64,000 bases of DNA from Burkholderiaceae bacterium (GCA_019236735.1 JAFAIM010000088.1:3427-67426); one strand, 5' to 3'; positions 9,864 through 18,715 are shown, numbered from the stretch's first letter. The notes: generated by a model not told the origin, from the sequence alone. Translations and numbers: made by a program.

Positions 9864-11605
9864 GCGTTTCCTCGACAGCGGGTGCCGCCGATGGGCGCGT
9901 CGATGCGGAGCTGTACCGAAGTGCATACGTTGCGGATCGACGCGGCGCACTTGCGGGCGTACTGGCCGCGATCTTCGCCGCCTCAGCGCTGCACCAACAT
10001 GGCGCGAGAACCGGTGTATGGGTGTGGGCTGGCTGCTACGTCGCACTAGCGCTTTCTCGCGTGCTGCTGCTCGCGCGGGTCGGCACCCTACCGGTGCGGC
10101 CGCTGCAGCCGCGCACGCTGCGCAAGGCCTGGCTCACACTGCTGACGATATCGGCGGTCATCTGGGGCGCCGCACCGCCATTTTTCCTGTCGCAGCAGGC
10201 AGCGACCGTCGGATTGCTGACAGGCATATGGCTGGCGGCAGCAGGTCTATCGGCTCCACTGGTGGCCGCAGTCAGGCCCGCGATCTACTTGTGGCTGCTG
10301 CCGTCCGTCGTGCCGCTGCTGTTCGCGTTGGCGGCGAAAGGATCCGGCGAAGCGCTGGTGCTGATGGCGCTCGGATCGCTTTTCCTGCTGCTGCTGCTGC
10401 GACTGGTACTGGAACAGAACGACGCCTTGTCCGCCGGACTTGCGGCGCGGTTCCAGAACGAGGATCTGGTCCGGCAACTGCGCACGCAGGTCGAGGTCGC
10501 GGCCCGCGCGAACCAGGACAAGACCCGCTTCCTGGCCTCAGCAGTGCACGACCTGCGACAGCCGCTGCACGCGCTGGGGCTGTTCTGTGCGGCGCTCGAT
10601 CGCAGGCTGCAGGGCATCCCGGAGCATCCGCTGATCAAGAACATGATGTCGTCGATCGAGTCGCTGGAGACCTCGTTCGGAGCGATGTTGGACATCTCGC
10701 GGTTGGACGCAGGGGTGGTGCAGACCGAGGCACAGACTTTCCCAGTGCGCGACCTTTTCCGGCGCCTGTACCAGCAGTTTGGCGGCGATGCCGAAGGGCG
10801 CGACATTTCGCTGCGTTTCCGGGCCGCGCGCCGCCTGGTGCGCAGCGACCCGCAGTTGCTCGAGCGAGTGCTTGCAAACCTGGTGCAGAACGCTCTGCGC
10901 TACACCCGCCGTGGAGGCGTGCTGGTTGCGGCGCGGCGGCGCCGCACCGACGTGGCACTCGAGGTATGGGATACCGGCGTGGGAATTCCGCCCGACAAGC
11001 TCGAAATGATCTTCGAAGAGTTCTATCAGATCGACAACCCGGAACGGGACCGCGGTCGCGGCCTCGGTATGGGCCTGGCGATCGTTCGCAGGCTGTGCAA
11101 CCTGCTGGGGCACTCGCTCGAGGTCTATTCGAAGCCGGGTCTCGGGACGATGTTTCGCGTCGTAGTGCCGGCTGGAAGCCCTTCGGATCCGGCCCAGCCG
11201 GCGCTGGAAGCCGAAACCAGGCCGCCGCGCACCGACGTACGAGTCATCGTGCTGTTGATCGACGACGAGCGGGCGATTCGCGAGGCCACGAGCGAGTTGC
11301 TGCGTCCGCTTGGCGTCGAAGTCTTGACGGCCTCGACGATCGCCGAAGCCGTCCAAGCGGTGCGGCAATCCGATGCGCCGATCGACGTTGTGCTGTCGGA
11401 CTGGCGCCTGCGAGGCACCGAAACCGGGGTGGAGGCGGTGCGGGCGGTACGCAGGGTGTGCGGCGAGTCCACCCCCGCGGTGCTTGTCACCGGTGATACG
11501 TCGGCCGAGGTGTTGACCCTGGCGCACGAAAATGGGCTTGTCGTGCTGCACAAACCGCTCCAACCGCGCGAACTCTTGCGGCTGATCCGGCGCCTGCAGC
11601 GGTGA
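9860..11605 (+). CDS. hybrid sensor histidine kinase (polytopic membrane N-terminus, HisKA, HATPase, receiver)
   Basis: H-box SAVHDLRQPLHAL, N-box LVQNALRYT, G-boxes VWDTGVGIP and GLGMGLAIV, C-terminal receiver (VLLIDDE...VLSDWRL). Proposed TTG 9860 overlaps the regulator stop (ATTGA). Start is uncertain. Confidence 0.8.
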   Translation: MSVSSTAGAADGRVDAELYRSAYVADRRGALAGVLAAIFAASALHQHGARTGVWVWAGCYVALALSRVLLLARVGTLPVRPLQPRTLRKAWLTLLTISAVIWGAAPPFFLSQQAATVGLLTGIWLAAAGLSAPLVAAVRPAIYLWLLPSVVPLLFALAAKGSGEALVLMALGSLFLLLLLRLVLEQNDALSAGLAARFQNEDLVRQLRTQVEVAARANQDKTRFLASAVHDLRQPLHALGLFCAALDRRLQGIPEHPLIKNMMSSIESLETSFGAMLDISRLDAGVVQTEAQTFPVRDLFRRLYQQFGGDAEGRDISLRFRAARRLVRSDPQLLERVLANLVQNALRYTRRGGVLVAARRRRTDVALEVWDTGVGIPPDKLEMIFEEFYQIDNPERDRGRGLGMGLAIVRRLCNLLGHSLEVYSKPGLGTMFRVVVPAGSPSDPAQPALEAETRPPRTDVRVIVLLIDDERAIREATSELLRPLGVEVLTASTIAEAVQAVRQSDAPIDVVLSDWRLRGTETGVEAVRAVRRVCGESTPAVLVTGDTSAEVLTLAHENGLVVLHKPLQPRELLRLIRRLQR

Positions 11606-11744
11606 GGCTTAAGGACATGACTTTGGTCACTAGCGCCCATTGCATGGGTCGCGATCTACTCGAACCGGCGCCTGCGTCACCGGGGCGACCGGGCTCCGAA
11701 GGGGGCGAGCCCTTTCCCGTCACCACGAACGGACGAAATCGAAT

Positions 11745-13136
11745 ATGACCCTCGTATTGCGTGGGCTTTCGCTCAATGAGGAACCGCTGAGCAATCCCCT
11801 GGTCGGGCGCTTTGACGACCGGGGCGGCGAAATCGGCCGATCGGACACCGCGACTTTCACGCTGCCCGATCCGGAGCGCCTGATCTCGCGCGTGCACGCG
11901 CGCATTTCGCATGCCGGGCACGCGTACTGGATCGAGAACGTCAGCGCCGCCGGTCCCATGTTGCACAACGGCCGTCCTCTGAGTTCGGGCATGCGGGTAA
12001 GCCTGGGCGAAGGCGACGAACTGCGAATCGGCGGCTATCGGCTAACGGTGAGTTTCGAGGACGACGAAACGAGCGCAACGATCCTGCGCGGGCGTACGAC
12101 CGCCCAAGCCCCGCCTGCTGGCGCTGGCGCAGCGCGCGGTGCCGCACCGGCGCCTGTGCGCTCGCCCGAGGTATCCGCGCGCAGTGCCCCGCCGGCGCCT
12201 GCCCGTTCGCCCGAGTCGGCCGCGCGACCGTCGGCCTCTCCGAACGTTGCCAACCTTGCGAACGCCGCAAACGTTCCCAACGCTGCCAACGTTGCGCGAG
12301 CCTCGGCGGCCGCGCCATCTCTGCGTTCCGTTGAACCGGCCGCGGCCGCCCCGCCTCTTCGTCCCGTCGAAGCGTCCGAGCCGGCGCCTGTCCAAGCACC
12401 CGCCGCGCCACAGCCGACACCGACCGTTGGGCGCCCGGCGCAAGGCCGCGGCGCCAAGTCCGCGCGCGCGCGGGCGCAAACCGAGTCCTCGTTGGACGCA
12501 GAAGCGCTCTGGCGCGGCTTCCAGGAGGGCGTGGGCGTCGAGCTACCCCTTCCGGGCGGCCCCTCGCCAGAGCTGTTCAGCGCAATTGGGGCGATGCTCC
12601 GAATCGCGGTCAACGGGCTTCACCGTCTGATCGCGATGCGCGCCGTAGCCAAAACCGAAATGCACGCGGACTTGACGATGATTCAAGTGCGCGGCAACAA
12701 CCCGATGAAGTTCGCGCCGGAGCCGGCCGTCGCGCTGAAGATGCTCCTGCAGCCGCCGATGCAAGGCTTCATGTCCGGACCCGCGGCGCTGCGAGATTCG
12801 GTGATCGATCTGCAGTCGCACCAGGTCGGCGTGATGGCGGGGATGCGCGCCGCGCTGGCGGCGGTGCTGGAGCGCTTCGACCCAGTCCAACTGGAGACGC
12901 AGCTAAGCGCCCGCTCGTTCCTGGATACGCTGATGCCGTCGAACCGCCGCGCCAAGCTGTGGGAGCTGTATATCGAGCATGCACGCTCGCTCAGGGATGA
13001 GGCGCAGGACGACTTCGGGCGGCTGTTCGGCGAAGCGTTCCTCGAAGCCTACAACGCTCAGGTGCGGGCGCTGGAGGCGGCCGCGGACGAAGCGGCTGCG
13101 CCGGCTGCGTATCCGGCGGGCCCGAAAGCTCGATGA
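11745..13136 (+). CDS. tagH: T6SS-associated FHA-domain protein TagH/Fha
   Basis: N-terminal FHA (IGRSDTATFTLPDPERLISRVHARI...YWIENVS). An Ala/Pro/Asn low-complexity linker follows, then a conserved TagH-type C-terminal domain. 463 aa from ATG 11745. Confidence 0.8.
   Translation: MTLVLRGLSLNEEPLSNPLVGRFDDRGGEIGRSDTATFTLPDPERLISRVHARISHAGHAYWIENVSAAGPMLHNGRPLSSGMRVSLGEGDELRIGGYRLTVSFEDDETSATILRGRTTAQAPPAGAGAARGAAPAPVRSPEVSARSAPPAPARSPESAARPSASPNVANLANAANVPNAANVARASAAAPSLRSVEPAAAAPPLRPVEASEPAPVQAPAAPQPTPTVGRPAQGRGAKSARARAQTESSLDAEALWRGFQEGVGVELPLPGGPSPELFSAIGAMLRIAVNGLHRLIAMRAVAKTEMHADLTMIQVRGNNPMKFAPEPAVALKMLLQPPMQGFMSGPAALRDSVIDLQSHQVGVMAGMRAALAAVLERFDPVQLETQLSARSFLDTLMPSNRRAKLWELYIEHARSLRDEAQDDFGRLFGEAFLEAYNAQVRALEAAADEAAAPAAYPAGPKAR
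12147..12236 (+). repeat. 45-nt in-frame tandem duplication in the tagH linker
   Basis: ccggcgcct... restarts at 12147 and 12192. Encodes PAPVRSPEVSARSAP / PAPARSPESAARPSA. Confidence 0.75.
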
Positions 13137-13894
13137 TGCTGTCGGTTCGCGTTTCTCAGCGCTCCTGCACCGGCGCCCGGGAGCGCAACGAGGATTGCGT
13201 CGGGGTCGAGCACATCGATGGGCACTGGTGCATGGTTCTGTCTGATGGCGCCGGCGGGCACCGCGACGGGGCGCTCGCATCGCGGCTGGTCGTCGATCGG
13301 GTTCTCGCGGGTTTTCGCAGTCGGCCACCGACCGATGGGCCGGACCTGAGCGAACTGATGCTCGATGCACACGACGGTATTATCGCCGCGCAGCGCGCGG
13401 CAGGCGCCATCGACAGGGCCGGCGCGATGCATGCGACCGCGGTCGTGCTGCTGGTCGACGCCAGCAGCGGCCGGGCGCTATGGGGCCACGTCGGTGATTC
13501 GCGGCTGTACCTGTTGCGCGACCGCGGCATCTCGGCTTTGACGCGGGACGACAGCGTCCTGCAATGGATGGTCGACGCGGGGCTGTGGCGCCCCGGCGAA
13601 CTGTCCAGTCATCCCCAGCGCAACCAGCTGATGGCAGCGCTGGGAGCCGACGAAGGCGTCGAGCCGCATGTCAACGAGGAGCCGTTCGAGCTGCGTCGTG
13701 GCGACGCGTTCGTGCTGTGCAGTGACGGCTGGTGGGGCAGCGTCGCAGACGCGGAGATCGAACGGCTGTGTGCGGGAGCCGCCGGTCCAGACGAGTGGCT
13801 CGACGCGATGATCGCGTGCGCGGTTGCGCGCGCCGATCCGCGCCAGGACAATTTCTCGGCGATCGGCTGCTGGATCGGCGACAGAACCGGATGA
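13133..13894 (+). CDS. PP2C-family Ser/Thr phosphatase (PppA-like)
   Basis: RNEDCVGV, VLSDGAGGH and LCSDGWWG motifs. Its ATG overlaps the tagH stop (ATGA). Confidence 0.85.
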   Translation: MMLSVRVSQRSCTGARERNEDCVGVEHIDGHWCMVLSDGAGGHRDGALASRLVVDRVLAGFRSRPPTDGPDLSELMLDAHDGIIAAQRAAGAIDRAGAMHATAVVLLVDASSGRALWGHVGDSRLYLLRDRGISALTRDDSVLQWMVDAGLWRPGELSSHPQRNQLMAALGADEGVEPHVNEEPFELRRGDAFVLCSDGWWGSVADAEIERLCAGAAGPDEWLDAMIACAVARADPRQDNFSAIGCWIGDRTG

Positions 13895-13949
13895 CGCGGC
13901 TTGATGCAGCGGCCGCCTCCGTCGAGCCTGCCACTTTCTTGCGAACTCC

Positions 13950-15209
13950 ATGCCGATCAAGCCACCTGCCAGCTCCGCCGATTCGGATCCGGACACGCCG
14001 TTCGGCACCCAGCTGTCCGTGCGCGGCGGCGCCGCGCCCGGGCGCGGCGCCTCGCGCCGCGCGGTTACACCATCATGTCCCAATCCGCTGATCTCGGAAG
14101 CCGACGAACTGCTCGCACTGGTGCCACAACTTCGATCGACGGCGCAGATCGCCGATCTTGCGCAGTTGCGGGATCATGTTTCCCTGCTGCTGCAGCGCTT
14201 CGACGAGAGCTTGCGCCAACGCAAAATTGCTGCCGGCTTGTGCCAGAAGGCGCACTTCGTGCTGTGCGCATTGATCGACGAAGTGGTCCAGGCGATGCCT
14301 TGGGGTGCGAACGGCGCTTGGGAGCGGCTCAATCCGCTGGAAGCTGTCGCCGGGGCGAACCCGACCGAAGCGTCGCTGCGCGCGTTCGCGCAAATGGCGA
14401 CCGACCGAACCGGCAGCCGCGAACTGCGCGAGTTGATCTACGTAGCGCTGGCGCTGAGCTTCGACGCGCGCGGACGCATCACCGCGGCAGGAGTCGGGCA
14501 GGCCGACACCATGCGCGCGCGCCTGGCCGATTCGCTGAAACGCAAGGGCGATGCGGCCGCGCGAGCGCTGTCGGCGCGCTGGCAGCCCGTCATCGGGCGC
14601 GCGAGCGCGCTCGGAAGCTGGCTGCCGCTGTGGGTCGGCATCTGCCTGGTCGGCGCCCTTTTGGCGGTGCTGTACGCGTGGCTCACGTTGGCGCTGGCTT
14701 CGCAATCGGATCGCGTATTCGCGCGGATCACCGCGCTGCACCCGCCGATAGCGGCCGCTGCGGCGCCCGCTGCCGCCGTACAGCCTCGCCTGACACCGCT
14801 ACTCGCGCAGGTACAGCCGCGCGGCTTGCAGGTGCGCGACGAGATCGATCGCAGCATCGTCACGCTGGACGACCGGGCGCTGTTCGAGCCCGGCGACGCA
14901 AGCCTGCTGCGGGCTGGCGCCGATTCGCTGCGGCCAGTGGCCAGAGCGTTGCAGGCAGTCCCCGGCCAAGTGGTCGTGATCGGCCATACCGATGGCGAGA
15001 CCGAACGCTCCGCCCGGTTTTCCTCCAACTGGGAGCTGTCGGTTGAGCGCGCGCGTGCCGTGCGCGACGCGCTGCTGCTGTTTGGGGTTCCGTCACAACG
15101 GATGCGCTACGACGGCCGCGCCGATTCCGAGCCGCTCGCAGCGGAATCGACGAATCACACGCTGCCGCATAGCGGTCGAATCGAAATCGAGTTGCTCGTA
15201 GGCCGATGA
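13950..15209 (+). CDS. tssL: TssL/DotU family protein fused to a C-terminal OmpA/MotB-like peptidoglycan-binding domain
   Basis: DotU core (LRELIYVALALSFDARGR), one TM helix (WLPLWVGICLVGALLAVLYAWL) and an OmpA-like end (VVVIGHTDGE...SNWELSVERARAVRDAL). Confidence 0.8.
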   Translation: MPIKPPASSADSDPDTPFGTQLSVRGGAAPGRGASRRAVTPSCPNPLISEADELLALVPQLRSTAQIADLAQLRDHVSLLLQRFDESLRQRKIAAGLCQKAHFVLCALIDEVVQAMPWGANGAWERLNPLEAVAGANPTEASLRAFAQMATDRTGSRELRELIYVALALSFDARGRITAAGVGQADTMRARLADSLKRKGDAAARALSARWQPVIGRASALGSWLPLWVGICLVGALLAVLYAWLTLALASQSDRVFARITALHPPIAAAAAPAAAVQPRLTPLLAQVQPRGLQVRDEIDRSIVTLDDRALFEPGDASLLRAGADSLRPVARALQAVPGQVVVIGHTDGETERSARFSSNWELSVERARAVRDALLLFGVPSQRMRYDGRADSEPLAAESTNHTLPHSGRIEIELLVGR

Positions 15210-18001
15210 GCGTCCGTCCCTGGCAACTGGCTACGCTCGGTTTGACCGGCTTTGGGCTCGCCACATGGTTTGGCGGGCCATTGCTGGCGATCGGCCGCGA
15301 TGTGCCCTTGGCCTCCGCCGGTGCGCGCGTCGCACTGATCGGTGCATTCGCGCTTTGCTACCTGGCCTACCAGGCGTGGGCAGCGAATCACGCCCGGCGA
15401 CGCAACGAAAGCGTGGTCGCGCACCTTGCACCCACTCCGGACGCTGGTGAGACGAGCGAGCTTGCGCAGCTGCGCAAGCGTTTCGCGGACGCTGTCGAGA
15501 CGCTGCGAAGGACTCGTTTCGGTCCGCGCGGCGGAACGTGGTCGTCGCTGTCGTGGAAGTTCGCTCGCCAATATCTGTATCAGCTGCCTTGGTACCTGAT
15601 CGTCGGCGCACCCGGCGCGGGCAAGACGACTGCGCTGTTGAACTCCGGTTTGCAGTTTCCGCTCGCTGGCGAATTCGGCCGAGGCTCCATCAAGGGCGTC
15701 GGCGGCACCCGCAACTGCGACTGGTGGTTCACCGACCGCGCAGTGCTGCTGGACACGGCCGGCCGCTACACGACGCACGAAGCCCACCGCATGGCGGATC
15801 GGCAGGCATGGGAGGGGTTCCTCGAATTGCTCAAGCGGGCGCGGCCGCGCCAGCCGCTGAACGGCGTCCTGGTTGCGGTTTCGATCACCGATCTGCTGGT
15901 GTTCGATCCAATCCAGCGCGCCCAGCACGCAGCGACGCTACGCGCGCGCCTGGACGAAATTCGCTCGACGATCGGCATCCGCCTGCCGGTATACCTGCTG
16001 TTGACGAAGTGCGATCTTCTACCCGGATTCCTGGATTCGTTCTTTCCGCTCGACAAGAAAGCGCGCGACCAGGTCTGGGGCACGACGTTCGACTTCTCTG
16101 CCTCCGAGAGAGGGCGCGCTGCCGATTATTTCGCGGCAGCGTTCGAGCAACTGGTCGCGCGGCTGCACGAGGGCCTGATCGAGCGGATGCAGGCCGAGCG
16201 CGATCCGCAAAGGCGCGCCCGCATTTTCTCGTTTCCACGCCACTTCGCTGCGCTCGGACACCCGCTGGACGACCTGGTGCGACAGGTTTTCGCCGCCGGA
16301 AACTCCTCCGCCCTCGAGGGCGCACCCTGCCTGCGCGGCGTGTACTTCACCAGCGGCACGCAGGAAGGCACGCCGATCGACCGCGCGCTTTCGGCGCTGG
16401 GGCGCGAATTGGGACTGGAGCGGCAGATCCTGCCGCCGAACCAGAGCACCGGTAAGAGCTTTTTCCTTGCAGCCCTTCTGCGCGATATCGTGTTCGCCGA
16501 GTCCGAGATCGCCGGTCGCTCGCCTCGCTTGCAGCGCTGGCGCTCCCGCGCGATCACCGCGTTGCTGGTTGGGTTACAGTGCGGTGGCGTGCTGTTGGCC
16601 GCGAACTGGGCAACCAACTACACGCGCAGCTCCGCCGAAATCGATGAGATCGCGCAAAGCGCACAGGCCGCCGCTGCGCCGGTGCAGTCCCTGCGCACGC
16701 CCTCCGGAAGCGACCCCCGGCCGCTGCTGCCGGCGTTAAACACGCTGCAAGATCTGGTCAAATCGGCGTCTCCGTCGTCCGGAGAATCCGCGCCGCTGGC
16801 GCCATTTCGCCGCCATCAGCGGCTGAAGCTCGACGCGGCGGCCAGGCAAACCTACGATCGCGCGTTGCTGGAAACCCTACTGCCCACAATCGCACGAGCA
16901 TGCGAAGAGCAGATGCGAAGCGGGTCCGATCCGAATCTCCAGTACGAGGCGCTGAAGGCTTACACGATGATGCACGATGCTGCGCATTTCGACGCCGCGG
17001 CGCTGAAGGGCTTCGTGTTGTACGACTGGGACACGGCATTGGAACCTCCGTTGAGCCGGGAGGAACGCACGCAGCTGGCTGCGCACCTGCACGCTCTTGT
17101 CGAGGCGGGAGCTGCGGGCACGATGAGCGGCACCGACTCGCGCCTGGTCGAATCGGTGCGTGCCCACCTCGCCGGGCAACCGGTGTCGCAACGCATTGCG
17201 GCACGCCTGAGGTCGATTCTGAGTGCGAGCTCCTATCCGCCCTTCGAAGTGGCATCGCTCGGGGCCCCCGCCGCAGAACTGTTTGCGGGCAAGGACGGAC
17301 ACTCGGAACCGCGCAGCGTGCCCGGCCGCTACACGGTGCAGGCGTACCGCGACACGGTCCTGAATACGCTGCCAGCGCTGCCGTCGCAATTGGCCGTCGA
17401 GGCAACGTGGGTGCTCGGTGCCGCGCCGCCGGCGAGCGAAAGGGCGGCGACCGGACGGGCTATCGCCGAAGCGCTTGCCTCATATCTGGACAGCTACCAA
17501 CGCAGCTGGTCCACGCTGGTCGATGACCTGCGCTTGAGGCATGCAACAAGCGAGAACGAAGCGATCGCCCAGGCGCAGAACCTTGCGAGGACCGACGGAC
17601 CGCTAGTGTCGCTGCTGCGGCAGATCGTTCAGCAGACGTCGTTGCACAGCACATCCGCGACCACCGCTCTGGGCGATGCTGCTGCACCGCTGGAGGGATT
17701 GGTCGAGGAGCACTTTGCCGCGCTGCGGGACCTGGTGCGAGCAGATAAGAGCGGACGAGCAGGCCTCGATTCGGCGCTCGCCGACTTCCGGTCGGTGCAA
17801 ACGTTACGACCCATGGCAGCTCCTTCGAATGGCTCAGGCGCGCGGGCGCCGCTCGAGGAGCTGGAGCGCATCCGGGCCGAGTCGCGCCGCTTTCCGGAGC
17901 CCGTGCGCACGATGCTGCTGTCGCTGGCGGTGCCACCGGCGGCGCAACAGCCCGGATCGACTGCTGCGCACGCCGCTGCGCCCGGCGCGGCAGCCCGGTA
18001 A
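15206..18001 (+). CDS. tssM: TssM/IcmF family protein, short form (931 aa)
   Basis: Two N-terminal TM helices, Walker A GAPGAGKTT, DTAGRY, a third TM near residue 460 and an ImcF-related region (YEALKAYTMMHD). Its ATG overlaps the tssL stop (ATGA). Confidence 0.8.
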   Translation: MSVRPWQLATLGLTGFGLATWFGGPLLAIGRDVPLASAGARVALIGAFALCYLAYQAWAANHARRRNESVVAHLAPTPDAGETSELAQLRKRFADAVETLRRTRFGPRGGTWSSLSWKFARQYLYQLPWYLIVGAPGAGKTTALLNSGLQFPLAGEFGRGSIKGVGGTRNCDWWFTDRAVLLDTAGRYTTHEAHRMADRQAWEGFLELLKRARPRQPLNGVLVAVSITDLLVFDPIQRAQHAATLRARLDEIRSTIGIRLPVYLLLTKCDLLPGFLDSFFPLDKKARDQVWGTTFDFSASERGRAADYFAAAFEQLVARLHEGLIERMQAERDPQRRARIFSFPRHFAALGHPLDDLVRQVFAAGNSSALEGAPCLRGVYFTSGTQEGTPIDRALSALGRELGLERQILPPNQSTGKSFFLAALLRDIVFAESEIAGRSPRLQRWRSRAITALLVGLQCGGVLLAANWATNYTRSSAEIDEIAQSAQAAAAPVQSLRTPSGSDPRPLLPALNTLQDLVKSASPSSGESAPLAPFRRHQRLKLDAAARQTYDRALLETLLPTIARACEEQMRSGSDPNLQYEALKAYTMMHDAAHFDAAALKGFVLYDWDTALEPPLSREERTQLAAHLHALVEAGAAGTMSGTDSRLVESVRAHLAGQPVSQRIAARLRSILSASSYPPFEVASLGAPAAELFAGKDGHSEPRSVPGRYTVQAYRDTVLNTLPALPSQLAVEATWVLGAAPPASERAATGRAIAEALASYLDSYQRSWSTLVDDLRLRHATSENEAIAQAQNLARTDGPLVSLLRQIVQQTSLHSTSATTALGDAAAPLEGLVEEHFAALRDLVRADKSGRAGLDSALADFRSVQTLRPMAAPSNGSGARAPLEELERIRAESRRFPEPVRTMLLSLAVPPAAQQPGSTAAHAAAPGAAAR

Positions 18002-18058
18002 AGTGTCGCGACGCACTGGCGCTCCGGAGGCCGCACAGACTGATAGGCAGACAGGCAG

Positions 18059-18715
18059 ATGCTCCCCCACTCGGCCGTCTCCTGGCCGGCGCAGGCCGGC
18101 TGGTTCGGAAAGATCCCAGCCTTGGGCGATTTTGCGGGACGCAGGCTGCCGCCGGGATTCGTCAGCACTTGGGATCGTTGGCTCTCCGATGGGCTACATG
18201 CCGCACAGCAGGCGCTCGGCGCGCGCTGGCTCGAGTCGTACAACAGCGCGCCGCTGTGGCGGTTCGGACTCACACCGGAGCTGATCGACGAGCAATACTG
18301 GGGCGGCGTACTGATGGCGAATGTCGATCGGGTCGGACGCCAGTTCCCTTTGACGATCGCTGCGCCAGCGCCGCAGGCGGCGTGCATCTATAGCCGCAAA
18401 CTCGAGGGATGGATTGTAGCGGCGCTGCGTGCCCGGCGTCCCGACTGCGATCCGGAAGCGCTGGAAACTGCACTGGCTGCGGCTGCCGAAGCTGAGCGGC
18501 TTGGTGCGAGATCGGACACTTCCGACGCTGCCGACACTGCCGACATCGCCGACACCGGTCGCGACGCACTACGTGAGGCGCTCGCAGCTGCCGGCCGCGG
18601 AATCAGCCTATGGTGGCCGTGGCGCGCAGGCAGCGCGAACGAGCACGAAACTGTCTGGAGCGTCGACGGCCTGCCGCGCGCCGACCAGTTTGTCAGGCTG
18701 TTCAGCTGCGGTTAG
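18059..18715 (+). CDS. tagF: T6SS-associated protein TagF (ImpM/DUF2094)
   Basis: Hallmark N-terminal GWFGKIPALGDF motif, then RLPPGFVSTWDRWL. 218 aa. Confidence 0.8.
   Translation: MLPHSAVSWPAQAGWFGKIPALGDFAGRRLPPGFVSTWDRWLSDGLHAAQQALGARWLESYNSAPLWRFGLTPELIDEQYWGGVLMANVDRVGRQFPLTIAAPAPQAACIYSRKLEGWIVAALRARRPDCDPEALETALAAAAEAERLGARSDTSDAADTADIADTGRDALREALAAAGRGISLWWPWRAGSANEHETVWSVDGLPRADQFVRLFSCG
18512..18556 (+). repeat. five tandem 9-nt units in tagF
   Basis: tcggacact tccgacgct gccgacact gccgacatc gccgacacc, encoding SDT SDA ADT ADI ADT. Confidence 0.85.

Noticed and set aside
11620-11650. Sigma-54 promoter upstream of tagH (tggtcac...ttgcat)
   Set aside because: GG to GC spacing is 17 nt instead of the required 12, so it does not fit the -24/-12 consensus.
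10018-15046. Alternative-frame ORFs 10018..11496 and 13901..15046
   Set aside because: Same-strand, out-of-frame overlaps of the histidine kinase and tssL genes. Arg/Ala/Gly-rich with no family signatures.
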